This document shows, piece after piece, positions 11,420 to 22,716 of a stretch of DNA of 42,644 nucleotides (the stretch's first letter is position 1; each line of letters opens with the position of its first letter). Source of the DNA: Actinomycetota bacterium (GTDB taxonomy: Bacteria; Actinomycetota; Actinomycetes; S36-B12; UBA5976). A model generated the notes under the pieces. It made no database searches. It saw nothing but the letters and a program-made list of their open reading frames with translations, and was not told the DNA's origin. Location: the NCBI GenBank assembly GCA_027730605.1, contig JAQCGN010000003.1:1-42644 (forward strand), written 5' to 3'. Made by a program: the position numbers and the translations under genes.

Positions 11420-12079
11420 CTAAACCAAGTGTCGCAGGTAAGGGTTACTTGTTCGCTCATCTTTGATTGTTGTCGATGGCCCGTGTCCCGGATAAACGCT
11501 CATAACATCAGGAAATTTCAAAATTACATTTGCCAAAGTGTGGTCCATGGCACTGGCATCACCACCTGGTAAATCGGTCCTTCCTATTCCTCTATTGAAT
11601 AAAACATCACCAGAAAAAAGGTGACTACCTGATTCGAAAACAGTTGAACCTTTGGTGTGTCCAGGAGCGTGATGTGCCTTAAATTTAATACCAGCTAAAT
11701 CTAGAACTTTGTTTTCTTTTATTAGTTTTAAATCTTTTGGTTTGTAATCAGGGATACCTCCTGCCATATTTACAATGTCTTCCCAACCACTTTTTGAATA
11801 TGCTTTTTCTGGACTAGTAATCATCCATTCATCTTGTGCATGTAAATATGCTGAGATGTTGTGATCTTTACAAAGGGGAACAACTGACCAAACATGATCC
11901 ATGTGTCCATGGGTAAGCAGTGTGGCCACAGGATGTAAGCCAAATTGCTGAGTAATTCTTTTAATGTCAGATAATGATTCATAACCAGGATCGATAATGA
12001 TGCATTCTGAATTGGCTTCATATGCCACCAAATAACAGTTGGTTGCCCAGGGACCTGCAGCAAATGACTTAATCAGCAT
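11420..12079 (-). CDS. MBL-fold metallo-hydrolase (glyoxalase II-like)
   Basis: Motifs THGHMDH, PGHT, FSGD and YPGHG. Conserved position upstream of hisS. Confidence 0.92.
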   Translation of the reverse strand: MLIKSFAAGPWATNCYLVAYEANSECIIIDPGYESLSDIKRITQQFGLHPVATLLTHGHMDHVWSVVPLCKDHNISAYLHAQDEWMITSPEKAYSKSGWEDIVNMAGGIPDYKPKDLKLIKENKVLDLAGIKFKAHHAPGHTKGSTVFESGSHLFSGDVLFNRGIGRTDLPGGDASAMDHTLANVILKFPDVMSVYPGHGPSTTIKDERTSNPYLRHLV

Positions 12080-12184
12080 TTAACACTCAAACCTCTACTC
12101 GGTTTTGAACCTATCTTGGTAACAGCCTAGACTTTATATATACCAAAAATCTTATAATTCAGTTAATTTCAACGAAAGGCAACA
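12080..12184. promoter_or_regulatory. Divergent promoter region for the MBL-hisS-aspS operon and for ppiB
   Basis: TAGACT -10-like hexamer near 12128 and SD GAAAGG before the ppiB ATG on +. TAGGTT and GAGG on - ahead of the MBL gene. Confidence 0.5.
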
Positions 12185-12853
12185 ATGTCTCAATCTGATT
12201 ACTCCAGCTCAACAAAGAAATCAACTGTTTATGTTGCTTTAATCACAGCGATTGCAATAATTATTGGTTCAGTAATTCTTGGTATTGGTGGACAAGATTC
12301 AAGCGGAGAAGATAACACTGCACAAGCTCCAGCAGTTGAATTGCCAACTGCAGGTATTTCAACAGCGAATAAAGCTGTCATAACTTTAAAAACTAATCAG
12401 GGTGAAATAACTATAGACACACTTCCTGCTTTAGCCCCTCAAACAGTAAATGCCATTGCTGCCCTTGCCCAAAACAAATATTTTGATGGCACAATTTGTC
12501 ATCGTTTAACAACCGAAGGAATATTTGTTTTACAATGCGGAGATCCAACTGGAACAGGAACTGGTGGACCAGGTTTTAATATTCCCGACGAAAACCTTCC
12601 CCAACCAATTGTGAATAACTACCCAGCAGGAACGGTCGCAATGGCCAACGCTGGACCCGGAACATCTGGTTCACAATTCTTTTTGGTTTACCAAGACACT
12701 TCTCTTGGACCTGACTACACAATTTGGGGCAGCATCACCAGTGGTTTGGATATCTTGAAGACAATTGCCAGTTCTGGTGTGGTTGGTGGGGGTGCCGATG
12801 GAGCACCTGCATCTGCTGTCACGATTGAATCTGTAAACGTAACAATTAGTTAA
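12185..12853 (+). CDS. ppiB: Membrane-anchored cyclophilin-type peptidyl-prolyl isomerase
   Basis: N-terminal transmembrane helix; CHRL, LQCGDPTGTGTGGPG, VAMANAG and GSQFFLVY. Confidence 0.92.
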   Translation: MSQSDYSSSTKKSTVYVALITAIAIIIGSVILGIGGQDSSGEDNTAQAPAVELPTAGISTANKAVITLKTNQGEITIDTLPALAPQTVNAIAALAQNKYFDGTICHRLTTEGIFVLQCGDPTGTGTGGPGFNIPDENLPQPIVNNYPAGTVAMANAGPGTSGSQFFLVYQDTSLGPDYTIWGSITSGLDILKTIASSGVVGGGADGAPASAVTIESVNVTIS

Positions 12854-14130
12854 TGATAGATGACGGAAAGAAGACCACTGGAACAATGACCACCGCTACT
12901 AATTCAACTGATTTTGGTCGAGTTGAAAATGATGGCACTGTTTTAGTTAAAATGCCAGACGGTTCTGAAAAACAAGTAGGACAATGGGCTGCTGGTGATC
13001 CAAATGATGGATTAAGTTTCTATATAAGAAAATTTCATGAAATTGAAAACGAAATATCTTTAACACTACAAAGACTTAGAGAAGGTAAAGGCAATGCAGA
13101 CACTGCCTTTAAACTAATTGACAGAGTTAAAACAAATCTAGAGAATCCAACATTTGTTGGAGATCTTTCAATACTTGTTTGCAAAATTGAAGAGTTGCAA
13201 GTTATTGCAGCTGTTAAGAAAGCAGAGTTCTCTGCAGCAAAAGCAATAGCTAAAGAAAAAGCAATGGAAAAAAGAAAGCACCTTGTTGAGGAAGCTGAAA
13301 AATTAGTCAGTTCTAAACAGTGGAAAGTCACAACCCAAAGATTTAAAGAAATAGTTGAAGAATGGAAGAAACTTCCTCACGGTGCAAAATCTGAAGAACA
13401 AGCACTTTGGAAAAGATTTAGTTCAGCCAGATCTGCTTTTGATAAAACTAGAAGACAGTATTTCTCAAACCTAGAATCCACTCGAAAAGAAGCCAACAAA
13501 ATAAAGTCTGAAATTGTTTCTCAAGCAAAAGCAATCGCTGAATCTAAGGATTGGAACGAAACCGCTAATAAGTTTAGAAACTTGATGACTAAATGGAAAT
13601 CTGCTCCAATTCTTGAAAGAAAAGAAGAACAAAAACTGTGGAAAGAATTTAAACTTGCCCAAGATATTTTCTTCGCCGCTCGCACTGCTGCTTTTTCGGT
13701 CCTTGATGCCGAACATGCTAAGAACCTGGAAACCAAAAAACTTCTGCTTGAAAAAGCTGAAAAAATTCTGCCAATTACTGATGTTAAATCTGCGCGAAAT
13801 GCTTTAAAGCCTATTCAGGCTGAGTGGAGCAAAGTTGGTCACGTTTCAAGAAAAGATAAAGAAAAAATTGAATCAAGATTAAAAGCTGTTGAAGAAGCGG
13901 TTCGTAATGCTGAGAAAAATGAAAATAATAGAACAGATCCGGCCAAAAGTGCTCGTGCTCAATCAACAATGGAATTACTCGAGGTGAAACTTTCTAAAAC
14001 TGAAAAAGAAAGAGATGAAGCATTAACAAAAGGTGATGCTAAGAAAGCTGAAACGCTAGCTTTAACAATTGAAAGTCAAAAAATGTTACTTGATGCCACA
14101 AAAAATGCCTTAGCAGAATTTACTCGCTAA
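12853..14130 (+). CDS. DUF349 domain protein
   Basis: FGRVENDGTV...VGQW N-terminus and repeated W...F...WK...E..LW..F units. Usual neighbour of rel. Confidence 0.9.
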   Translation: MIDDGKKTTGTMTTATNSTDFGRVENDGTVLVKMPDGSEKQVGQWAAGDPNDGLSFYIRKFHEIENEISLTLQRLREGKGNADTAFKLIDRVKTNLENPTFVGDLSILVCKIEELQVIAAVKKAEFSAAKAIAKEKAMEKRKHLVEEAEKLVSSKQWKVTTQRFKEIVEEWKKLPHGAKSEEQALWKRFSSARSAFDKTRRQYFSNLESTRKEANKIKSEIVSQAKAIAESKDWNETANKFRNLMTKWKSAPILERKEEQKLWKEFKLAQDIFFAARTAAFSVLDAEHAKNLETKKLLLEKAEKILPITDVKSARNALKPIQAEWSKVGHVSRKDKEKIESRLKAVEEAVRNAEKNENNRTDPAKSARAQSTMELLEVKLSKTEKERDEALTKGDAKKAETLALTIESQKMLLDATKNALAEFTR

Positions 14131-16349
14131 ACGCGATAAACGTCATACACCCCAGCAATATTTTTAATTGCCCCCAAAACACTTCCCAGATGTTTTGGAT
14201 CAGCCATTTCAAAAACAAATCTAGATAAAGCGATTCTATCTCTTGAAGTAGAAACCGAAGCACTCAAGATATTTACATGATGTTCAGACAAAGTTCTCGT
14301 AACATCAGAAAGCAATCCATTTCGATCCAGTGCCTCGACTTGAATATTAACCATATAAATTCCTGATCCTGATTCAGGCCAAGTGGTCTCAACTATTCTT
14401 TCTTTTTCTTTCATCAAATCTGTAGCATTTGTGCAATCATTTCTATGAACAGAAACTCCTTCTCCTCGAGTTACATAACCAAAAATTTCATCACCCGGAA
14501 CTGGAGTACAACATCTACTTAATCTGGTGTAAACATCATCAATACCTTTGACGTTAACCGTTGGTGAATTTGAGCTAGCTCCACTTCGTCTAACCCGCGT
14601 TGGAGCAGTTGCTTCTGCAAGATCTTCTGTTGCACCTTCTTCTCCCCCGTGAAGTTGTAACAGTTTTGAAACCACAGTTTGGGCACTTACTTTTCCTTCA
14701 CCCACAATAGAATAAAGCTCATCAATTCCTTTAATTCTTAATTCATGTGCAATACCTACTAGAGCTTGATTTGCCATTAGTCGATGTAGAGGAAGATTTT
14801 GTTTACGCAATAATTTTGCAATTTCATCTTTTCCTTTTTCAAGATATTCTTCGCGTCTTTCTTTTAAGAACCAAGCCTTAATCTTACTTTTAGCTCTGGT
14901 TGAAACTGCAAAATTTAACCAATCTTGCGAAGGGCCGGCAGTTTCTGATTTAGTTGTGAAAATCTCAATATTGTCACCACTTGATAATTTTGAATCGAGT
15001 GAAACTAATTTTCCATTTACACGTGCTCCCACACATTGATTTCCAACTTCTGTGTGAACTGCGTAGGCAAAGTCAACGGGAGTAGAACCATTTGGAAGTG
15101 CTACTACATCACCTGCGGGGGTAAAGACAAATATTTCATCTTGTTGACCAAGGTCATAGCGCAATGAATCTAAAAATTCATCAGGATCTTCAGTTTCTTT
15201 TTGCCAATCGACTAATTGGCGAAGCCAAGCCATCTCATCTGCAGGTTTGGAGTCATTGCTTTGTCTTTCTTTGTATCTCCAATGACTTGCTACACCGTAT
15301 TCAGCTTCCTTGTGCATATCGTGGGTACGAATTTGAAACTCGATTGCTCGTCCATTATTTCCAATCACAGTGGTATGAAGTGACTTATAAAGATTGAATT
15401 TAGGCATCGCTATGTAATCCTTGAACCTTCCTGGAACTGGATTCCACCTCGCATGAATTGTGCCTAACGTGGCATAACAATCTCTGACATCCTCAACCAA
15501 GATTCTGATTCCAACAAGATCATAAATTTCATTAAAATCTCTGCCTCTGACAATCATTTTTTGATAGACAGAGTAATAATGCTTAGGTCTACCACTTAAC
15601 TCTGCTTTGATTTTGGCACCATTTAAATCTTTTTGCACAAATTCGATAACTTCAGCAATATCTCGATCGCGTTGTGGGGCTCTTTGACTTACTAAGTGAA
15701 CAATTTCGTCATACATTTTGGGATAAAGACCAGCAAAAGATAAGTCTTCTAATTCCCACTTAATTGCGTTCATCCCTAATCGATGAGCTAGGGGTGCAAA
15801 TATTTCTAAAGTCTCTCGAGCTTTTTGTTCTTGTTTTGCAGCGGGCAGAAATTCTAAAGTTCTCATATTATGGAGTCGATCTGCAAGCTTAACTAATAAG
15901 ACTCGAATATCTTTTGCCATCGCGACAACCATTTTTCGAACTGTCTCAGCTGTGCTTGCTTCACCGTATTTAACTTTGTCTAATTTTGTGACTCCGTCAA
16001 CAAGTCTTGCTACTTCGGGACCAAAATCTTCTTCTAATTTTTGAATCGAGTAACCCGTGTCTTCCACCGTGTCATGTAAAAGTGCTGCAGCCAATGTTTC
16101 ACTGGACATACCAATTTCGGCCAAAATTGTTGCTACTGCAACTGGATGAGTTATGTAGTCAAGACCACTAAGTCTTTTTTGTCCTAGATGTTGTCTCTTG
16201 GCAACTTCGTAAGCTTTTGATACAAGTTCAGTGTTATCTTTTGAATGAAATTTCTTTAATGTTTTTAGAAGAGTTTCTAGTTCAGATTGTTCAGATTTCC
16301 AACCAGTTATTTTCGCTAATCGACTGCGCGTGACTGGAGCGTCTGTCAT
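14127..16349 (-). CDS. rel: Bifunctional (p)ppGpp synthetase/hydrolase Rel
   Basis: Intact HD motif (LLHDTVED), KLADRLHNMRT, RFKDYI..PK.N.Y.SLHT, TGS, CC and ACT domains. SD GGGAGG. Confidence 0.97.
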   Translation of the reverse strand: MTDAPVTRSRLAKITGWKSEQSELETLLKTLKKFHSKDNTELVSKAYEVAKRQHLGQKRLSGLDYITHPVAVATILAEIGMSSETLAAALLHDTVEDTGYSIQKLEEDFGPEVARLVDGVTKLDKVKYGEASTAETVRKMVVAMAKDIRVLLVKLADRLHNMRTLEFLPAAKQEQKARETLEIFAPLAHRLGMNAIKWELEDLSFAGLYPKMYDEIVHLVSQRAPQRDRDIAEVIEFVQKDLNGAKIKAELSGRPKHYYSVYQKMIVRGRDFNEIYDLVGIRILVEDVRDCYATLGTIHARWNPVPGRFKDYIAMPKFNLYKSLHTTVIGNNGRAIEFQIRTHDMHKEAEYGVASHWRYKERQSNDSKPADEMAWLRQLVDWQKETEDPDEFLDSLRYDLGQQDEIFVFTPAGDVVALPNGSTPVDFAYAVHTEVGNQCVGARVNGKLVSLDSKLSSGDNIEIFTTKSETAGPSQDWLNFAVSTRAKSKIKAWFLKERREEYLEKGKDEIAKLLRKQNLPLHRLMANQALVGIAHELRIKGIDELYSIVGEGKVSAQTVVSKLLQLHGGEEGATEDLAEATAPTRVRRSGASSNSPTVNVKGIDDVYTRLSRCCTPVPGDEIFGYVTRGEGVSVHRNDCTNATDLMKEKERIVETTWPESGSGIYMVNIQVEALDRNGLLSDVTRTLSEHHVNILSASVSTSRDRIALSRFVFEMADPKHLGSVLGAIKNIAGVYDVYRV

Positions 16350-16429
16350 TTTGGACGCCTCCCAGGAATTTCTTCAACTGTTGGCTCTTTAGTTTAGCAA
16401 TTAACTAATACTTGAGTTGAATCTAGTTA

Positions 16430-17509
16430 TCATTTCTTTCTTTTTGAGCGCTTAAATCGTTTTGGTTGAGTTCTGGGACCTGCTGGTAAGACTTGTGTAG
16501 CAATTGCGGTGTTACCTGAAACTTTCATTGCTTCGGGTCCCTCAAGGCCTGCATTTGACCTCCTGGCATGGACTCTTCTGCTTAAAGCTTGAATTTCAGG
16601 TTGGCGTTCTTTTAATTGCACTAGCAATGGGGTGGCTATAAAAATGGATGAGTAAGTTCCAGCTGCAATTCCCACAAATAATGCAAGTGCTAAATCTTTC
16701 AAAGTTCCTGCTTGCAAAATTCCTACACCAACAATCAAAATTGCTGCAACGGGCAACAGCGCAACGATGGAGGTATTAATTGATCTAATCAAAGTTTGAT
16801 TTAAGGCCAAATTTGCACCTTCACGATAGTTCAAACGAGATTGCGCAGTAATTGATCTGGTATTTTCCTTTACTTTGTCGAAAACCACAACTGTGTCATA
16901 AAGTGAGTAACCAAGAATTGTTAAAACTCCGATAACCGTTGCTGGGGTTACTTCAAAACCTAAAATTGCATAAACCCCAATAGTGATTAACAAATCATGG
17001 AGCAGTGCCACAATGGCTGCCACTGCCATTCTTACCTCAAAATAAATAGTTAGAAATAAAATAACCAAGAATAGAAAAACAGCTAAACCAATTAAGGCTT
17101 GGCGGGTGATATCTGCACCCCATGAAGGTCCCACTGATTGAGTAGTGATCAATTTTGGATCAACATTGAAATCATTTGCCACTTTTGCTATGAGGGAATC
17201 AATTTCTGTCTGTTCTAGTGGTGGGGTTTGAATTTCTAATCTTTCATTTCCCACAGCAATGATCACTGCTGTTTCAACACCTGCATTCTTTACTATTTTT
17301 CTGGCTTCCTCAACACTCATTGTGCTAGGAACATTAAATTTAGCTCCCCCCTTAAATTCAATACCTAAAGTCAAGCCTCTTCCCAAGAGTCCAAAAGCGG
17401 CAACAGCAATTATTGCCACAGAAATTAAATACCAAAGTTTTCTTTTACCAGCAAAATCAACTGAAGTCTCACCAGTGTAAAGACGGTTACCAATTTCATT
17501 TAATTTCAT
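16430..17509 (-). CDS. secF: Protein translocase subunit SecF
   Basis: Motifs LGIEFKGG, VGPSWG, LLHD, GYSLYDTVVVFD and RSINT. Confidence 0.97.
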   Translation of the reverse strand: MKLNEIGNRLYTGETSVDFAGKRKLWYLISVAIIAVAAFGLLGRGLTLGIEFKGGAKFNVPSTMSVEEARKIVKNAGVETAVIIAVGNERLEIQTPPLEQTEIDSLIAKVANDFNVDPKLITTQSVGPSWGADITRQALIGLAVFLFLVILFLTIYFEVRMAVAAIVALLHDLLITIGVYAILGFEVTPATVIGVLTILGYSLYDTVVVFDKVKENTRSITAQSRLNYREGANLALNQTLIRSINTSIVALLPVAAILIVGVGILQAGTLKDLALALFVGIAAGTYSSIFIATPLLVQLKERQPEIQALSRRVHARRSNAGLEGPEAMKVSGNTAIATQVLPAGPRTQPKRFKRSKRKK

Positions 17510-19107
17510 TTTTTATCACTCCCACTTAATATCGCACTTCCAGAGGTAAGTCGTTTTCTGGAAACCCCTGTCAATATTCCACCTGTTTCAGCCCATTTAG
17601 ATTTACCGAAATATGTAACTAGAGGATGCGTAAACCAAAATGCCACAAAAACGTCTATCAAAGTTGTTAAACCTAAGGTGAAAGCAAAACCTCTTACACT
17701 GCCCACACTTAATGAATAGAGCACAAAAGCTGCTAGTAGGGAAACAAAATCTGCTGCCAAAAGTGTTCTTCGTGCTCTTACCCAAGCTAATTCTGTGGCA
17801 ACTCTGAGAGATTTTCCATCTCTTATTTCATCTCTAATTCTTTCAAAGTAAACAACAAAAGAGTCTGCCGTAATTCCAATTGCCACAATTGCTCCAGCAA
17901 TTCCTGCCAATGTCAAAGTAAAACCAATTGTTCGACCAAGCGCTACTATGTATAGCCACAAAAATGCGGCTGCAACTATAAGACTAAATACTGCAACAAA
18001 ACCAAGTGCACGATAATAAATAATCAAATAAAGCACAACAAGTCCCAAACCAATTGCTCCAGCAAGAAGTCCAGCTGATAATTGATCTTGACCAAGTGTT
18101 GGGCTTATTGAAGTAGATTCTGCGATATTTAAGGTCACAGGCAAAGCACCATAGCGAAGAACCTGAGAAAGTTGTTGTGCTTCTTCTGCTTTGAAACTGC
18201 CCTCTATTTGTGCTTTACCGCCCAAAATTGGTTCTGAGAAAAATGGAGCAGATACTACTAATCCATCAAGCACAATTCCAAAACGATTTTGTGGTGAAGG
18301 TAATCTACTTAAAGAATTTGATGCTTCAGAAAGTTTTGTTGCACCAGCTGAATCAAAATCAAGAGTTACCATCCAGCCACCAGCACCTTGCTGAGGAAGT
18401 GTTGCTTGAGAGTCTGCAACTTGGTCACCTGTTATAAAAGCAGGTGCTAAAACAAATTTTTCAAATCCTTCTTTAGAACATGTCAGCATATATTTTGTTG
18501 GATCATCTGCTCTTCCACCTTGCAATAACCCTGGACTTAAACAATTAAGTGATAAGTACTGATCAAAGAGTTCATCAGCAGTTGCAGCTTGGATAGGCAG
18601 CTCTGTTGGCTGCGGCAGTGGTGTTGGGCTGGCACTTGCACCTGGAGATGCACTGGGAGTGGTGACATCGATTCCAGTTCCTGCAGCTAAAACTGCACGA
18701 AAATCAAGACGAGCAGTTTGTTTTAATAAATTTGTTATTCCTTCAGGATTAACCCCTGGGACAGTTACCACAATGGCTGCGTTTGCACCACTTCCTTGCA
18801 CTGTTACTTCAGCTTCTGCAACACCAAACCCATTAACTCTTTGTCGAATAATTTCCACAGTTTGATTTATTTGATCTTCCGTTAATGTTCCCTCAGCACC
18901 TGGTGCTAGTTCAGGTGTTAAAATAACTTGAGTTCCACCTCTTAAATCCAAACCTAATCTTGCTTCTTGCGTAGTGCCTGGCCAGAAAGTCCAGGACAAA
19001 GTTGCAATGGTGAGAATCAATAATAAGGAAAGCAATCTGCCTGGTCTTGCGCGATTTGCTGCAGACACTTTCATTACTCCTAGAAAAGTTTTAGGTAATT
19101 TCGTCAC
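17506..19107 (-). CDS. secD: Protein translocase subunit SecD (true start probably GTG at 19068 after SD AGGAG)
   Basis: Motifs LGLDLRGG, RVNGFGVAE, IVLDG, YGALP, DSFVVYFERI and VRGFA. Confidence 0.97.
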   Translation of the reverse strand: MTKLPKTFLGVMKVSAANRARPGRLLSLLLILTIATLSWTFWPGTTQEARLGLDLRGGTQVILTPELAPGAEGTLTEDQINQTVEIIRQRVNGFGVAEAEVTVQGSGANAAIVVTVPGVNPEGITNLLKQTARLDFRAVLAAGTGIDVTTPSASPGASASPTPLPQPTELPIQAATADELFDQYLSLNCLSPGLLQGGRADDPTKYMLTCSKEGFEKFVLAPAFITGDQVADSQATLPQQGAGGWMVTLDFDSAGATKLSEASNSLSRLPSPQNRFGIVLDGLVVSAPFFSEPILGGKAQIEGSFKAEEAQQLSQVLRYGALPVTLNIAESTSISPTLGQDQLSAGLLAGAIGLGLVVLYLIIYYRALGFVAVFSLIVAAAFLWLYIVALGRTIGFTLTLAGIAGAIVAIGITADSFVVYFERIRDEIRDGKSLRVATELAWVRARRTLLAADFVSLLAAFVLYSLSVGSVRGFAFTLGLTTLIDVFVAFWFTHPLVTYFGKSKWAETGGILTGVSRKRLTSGSAILSGSDKK

Positions 19108-19169
19108 TATTTATACAGTGCTTATTAAGTATTCCCCATGCCTTAATAAATGAAACTGAGAGGTCTTAG

Positions 19170-20222
19170 TTATTCGGTAATATCCAAGACTTGTTGGGCT
19201 GGAACCGATTTTCCCAACAATTTGTAGGCCAAAGGTGTGGCAATTCTTCCTCGAGCAGATCTAGCTAAATATCCAACACGAACCAAATAGGGTTCACACA
19301 TATCTTCCACAGTTTCGGGCTCTTCTCCAACTGCTACCGCCAATGTCGATAAACCAACTGGTCCACCACCAAATTTATTGATTAAGGCATCAAGAATTGC
19401 TCGATCAATTCGATCAAGTCCCTTTTCATCTATTTCAAATAATGTTAAAGCTTTTTGTGCAATTGTTATATCTATTTGTCCTTTTGCGTGCACTTGAGCA
19501 TAATCTCTGACTCTTCTTAATAATCTATTTGCAATTCTTGGAGTTCCTCTAGACCTTTTACTAATTTCCACAGCCGCTTCTTCAGTTATCTCCACATTTA
19601 ACAGACCTGAAGATCTATGCACAATTTGTTCTAACTCTGATGCCTCATAAAAATCTAGGTGTGCAGTGAAACCAAAGCGATCACGCAAAGGACTGGGTAA
19701 TAGTCCTGCTCTGGTAGTTGCCCCAATTAGTGTAAAAGAAGGTAAATCCAAACCAATTGCATTTGCCCCCACACCCTTACCAACAACAACGTCAACTCGA
19801 TAATCTTCCATTGCCAAATAAAGCATTTCTTCTGCTGGTCTTGCTAGGCGGTGTATTTCATCTATGAATAAAATTTCTCCTGGTGTTAATGAACTTAAAA
19901 CTGCCGCTAAATCTCCTGCGTGCTGAATTGCTGGACCAGAAGTAACTCTTATTGGTGCACCTAATTCTGAAGCCACAATTGTTGCCAAAGTTGTTTTACC
20001 TAAACCAGGTGGACCTGAAAGCAGAACATGATCAGCAGAATTTCCTCTTTGCACAGCTGCTCTTAAAATCAGATCTAATTGTTCTCTCACCCGATGTTGC
20101 CCTACAAATTCAGATAACGTTTTAGGTCGAAGTGCTCCCTCAACTTGTCTATCTTCTTCACTTACTTCTAGTCGAATTATTTCCAAACCAACATCATCAG
20201 ATGTGTCATTTTCTAGATTCAT
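19170..20222 (-). CDS. ruvB: Holliday junction branch migration helicase RuvB
   Basis: Motifs [25 protein letters not shown] and [17 protein letters not shown]. Confidence 0.98.
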   Translation of the reverse strand: MNLENDTSDDVGLEIIRLEVSEEDRQVEGALRPKTLSEFVGQHRVREQLDLILRAAVQRGNSADHVLLSGPPGLGKTTLATIVASELGAPIRVTSGPAIQHAGDLAAVLSSLTPGEILFIDEIHRLARPAEEMLYLAMEDYRVDVVVGKGVGANAIGLDLPSFTLIGATTRAGLLPSPLRDRFGFTAHLDFYEASELEQIVHRSSGLLNVEITEEAAVEISKRSRGTPRIANRLLRRVRDYAQVHAKGQIDITIAQKALTLFEIDEKGLDRIDRAILDALINKFGGGPVGLSTLAVAVGEEPETVEDMCEPYLVRVGYLARSARGRIATPLAYKLLGKSVPAQQVLDITE

Positions 20223-20794
20223 CTATTACTACTTAGTATTTTTAACGCTGCTCGAAGTGAGTCAGAAAGATCTGCTTCATTGTCAGGTGTTTCAACTTGT
20301 TGTGCTGCACTTGCCGCATCTTTTCTACTCCACCCAAGTCCTACTAGGGCTGCAATTAATGAATCACGCCATGAACCTGGTATTGCGTTTTTAGGTGAAG
20401 CGATTTTGTCACTTAATTCCAAAATTAATCTTTGAGCACCTTTTTTACCAATTCCTGGGACTGAAGTTAACGAACCTATATCTGAATTAGCAATAGCCTT
20501 ACTTAATTTTTGTTCACCCATCACAGATATTGCATTTAAGGCCATTCTTGGACCAATACCAGAAACTGTTTGCAACAGTAAAAACATTTCTTTTTCATCC
20601 ACATCAGCAAATCCATAAAGAGACATATGATCTTCTCTAACTACCATCACAGTAGGAACCTGTACTTGGTCTCCAACTTTTTTACCTTTTAAAGCATTAG
20701 CAGAAGTTAATAAATTCATACCTACTCCACCAACATCAACTACCGCACCTAGTGCTGAAATTTCAGTCAATGTTCCTTTAACAAAGGCAATCAC
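20219..20794 (-). CDS. ruvA: Holliday junction branch migration protein RuvA
   Basis: Motifs VRED..LYGF, VSGIGP and [11 protein letters not shown]. Confidence 0.97.
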   Translation of the reverse strand: MIAFVKGTLTEISALGAVVDVGGVGMNLLTSANALKGKKVGDQVQVPTVMVVREDHMSLYGFADVDEKEMFLLLQTVSGIGPRMALNAISVMGEQKLSKAIANSDIGSLTSVPGIGKKGAQRLILELSDKIASPKNAIPGSWRDSLIAALVGLGWSRKDAASAAQQVETPDNEADLSDSLRAALKILSSNR

Positions 20795-21297
20795 GAAACA
20801 GCTCTCTTTCTAATTTTTTCATCAGTTCCACCACGCCATAAATGGCATATTGCTAATGCAACAGCATCAGAGGCATCTGCTGGTTCAGGCGCTGAGGAGA
20901 GTCCACATATTTTTGCAATCATTCGGCCAATTTGACGCTTATCTGCTTTTCCAGATCCTGTCACCGATGCTTTAACTTGTGTTGGAGTATAGGTAAAAAC
21001 TTGGCAACCTTGTTTAGCAGCATTAACCATTGCTAAACCTGCTGCTTGGGCTGTGCCCATAACTGATTTCAAATTATGTTGACTAAAGACTTGCTCAACT
21101 GCTACCACATCAGGTTTGAACTCTTTAATGATCTTGCTCAAAGCAGTATCTAGTTGTAATAAACGCTCCGCTAAAGGATCTGTGGCAGGAGTTCTAAAAA
21201 CCATCACTGTTTTTAAAATAACTTTTCTTCCTGCTGCTTCATCAACAACAGCTATCCCGCACCGGGTTAGACCTGGATCAACACCTAAAACACGCAT
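20791..21297 (-). CDS. ruvC: Crossover junction endodeoxyribonuclease RuvC (ATG 21297 preferred over TTG 21318)
   Basis: Motifs MRVLGVDPG, AVEQVF, TPTQVK..VTGSGKADK and DASDAVALAICH. Confidence 0.96.
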   Translation of the reverse strand: MRVLGVDPGLTRCGIAVVDEAAGRKVILKTVMVFRTPATDPLAERLLQLDTALSKIIKEFKPDVVAVEQVFSQHNLKSVMGTAQAAGLAMVNAAKQGCQVFTYTPTQVKASVTGSGKADKRQIGRMIAKICGLSSAPEPADASDAVALAICHLWRGGTDEKIRKRAVS

Positions 21298-21335
21298 TTT
21301 TAGTATTTGACCCTTCAAATATTATTTAATTAATA

Positions 21336-22088
21336 TTACCCAACTTGTGCCATAACTTCGTCTGAAACATCAAAGTTTGCCCACACAGTTTGAACGTCAT
21401 CTAAGTCTTCTAAAGACTCAATTAAGTTAAAAATCTTTTTCGCAGCCTCAGCATCAAGTTCCACACTCACAGATGGAACAAATGATGTGTCGGCAGAGTC
21501 ATAGTCAATTTTGGCGTTTTGTAGAGCTGTTCTTACTTGAACTAAATCATTGGGTTCGCTAATGACCTCAAAAGAATCCCCTAAATCATTTACTTCTTCA
21601 GCTCCTGCATCTAACACGGCTGATAAAACATCATCTTCAGTAAATGATCCTGTTTTTGAAACTAACACAACACCTTTTCTAGAAAACATATAAGAAACAG
21701 AACCAGGATCGGCCATGTTTCCTTCGTTTCGAGTCATTACTAAACGCACATCTCCTGCTGCTCTATTTCTGTTATCAGTCAGACATTCAATTAAAACTGC
21801 TACCCCATTTGGGCCATAGCCTTCATACATAATTGTTTGGTAATCAGCAGCGCCTTCTTCTGTGCCACTGCCGCGCTTTAACGCTCTTTCGATGTTGTCA
21901 TTTGGAACTGAGCTCTTTTTTGCTTTTTGAATTGCATCAAAAAGTGCAGGGTTTCCTTCTACATCAGGTCCACCTAAGCGAGCTGCCACTTCAATTTTTT
22001 TAACTAATTTGGCAAATAGTTTGGCACGACGAGAATCAATCACAGCTTTTTTATGCTTTGTGGTTGCCCATTTACTATGCCCTGACAT
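21336..22088 (-). CDS. yebC: YebC/PmpR family protein
   Basis: Motifs [21 protein letters not shown] and TDNRNR. Confidence 0.97.
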   Translation of the reverse strand: MSGHSKWATTKHKKAVIDSRRAKLFAKLVKKIEVAARLGGPDVEGNPALFDAIQKAKKSSVPNDNIERALKRGSGTEEGAADYQTIMYEGYGPNGVAVLIECLTDNRNRAAGDVRLVMTRNEGNMADPGSVSYMFSRKGVVLVSKTGSFTEDDVLSAVLDAGAEEVNDLGDSFEVISEPNDLVQVRTALQNAKIDYDSADTSFVPSVSVELDAEAAKKIFNLIESLEDLDDVQTVWANFDVSDEVMAQVG

Positions 22089-22102
22089 TTTTAATCCTTA
22101 AA

Positions 22103-22708
22103 TTAATTAACAATTGAGACTGATTTTGCCATCTGCACAAAATACTCGTGCACTCGGTTGTCCTTGGTAAGTTCAGGGTGAAAAGCGGTAGCTAAAAGAG
22201 AGCCTTGTCTAACCATGACTGGGTGCTCTTCCAGTTTTTCTGTTTTGAAGCTCGCAAGAACTTCAACATTATTCCCCACTCTTTCAACCCATGGGGCTCT
22301 AATAAATACGGCTCGAAGTGGTTCTTGAAAATCTTTTATTTGAATATCTGTTTCAAAAGAATCAACTTGTCTTCCAAAAGCATTTCTTCGTACCGTGATA
22401 TCTAAACCACCAATTGTTTCTTGATCAGCTTTACCGTCAAGAATTTCATCAGCTAACATAATCATTCCTGCACATGAACCATAAACAGCAAAGCCTTCTT
22501 TAACAAAAGCTCTTAATGGTTCAAGTAATCCAAATCTTTGGGCCAACATACTAATTGTGGTTGATTCACCACCTGGAATTATTAATGCATTTACAGTTTT
22601 GAGTTCTTCAGGACTTCTAACTTTTTGTACTGCAACATTTAATGAGTTCAAAGAGTTAATGTGTTCTCGGACATCTCCTTGAATTGCTAAAACGCCAACC
22701 CTTAACAC
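22103..22708 (-). CDS. pdxT: Pyridoxal 5'-phosphate synthase glutaminase subunit
   Basis: Motifs GVLAIQG, PGGEST, CAG, RNAFGRQ, FIRAP and FHPE. Confidence 0.97.
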   Translation of the reverse strand: MLRVGVLAIQGDVREHINSLNSLNVAVQKVRSPEELKTVNALIIPGGESTTISMLAQRFGLLEPLRAFVKEGFAVYGSCAGMIMLADEILDGKADQETIGGLDITVRRNAFGRQVDSFETDIQIKDFQEPLRAVFIRAPWVERVGNNVEVLASFKTEKLEEHPVMVRQGSLLATAFHPELTKDNRVHEYFVQMAKSVSIVN

Positions 22709-22716
22709 GACCTAGC

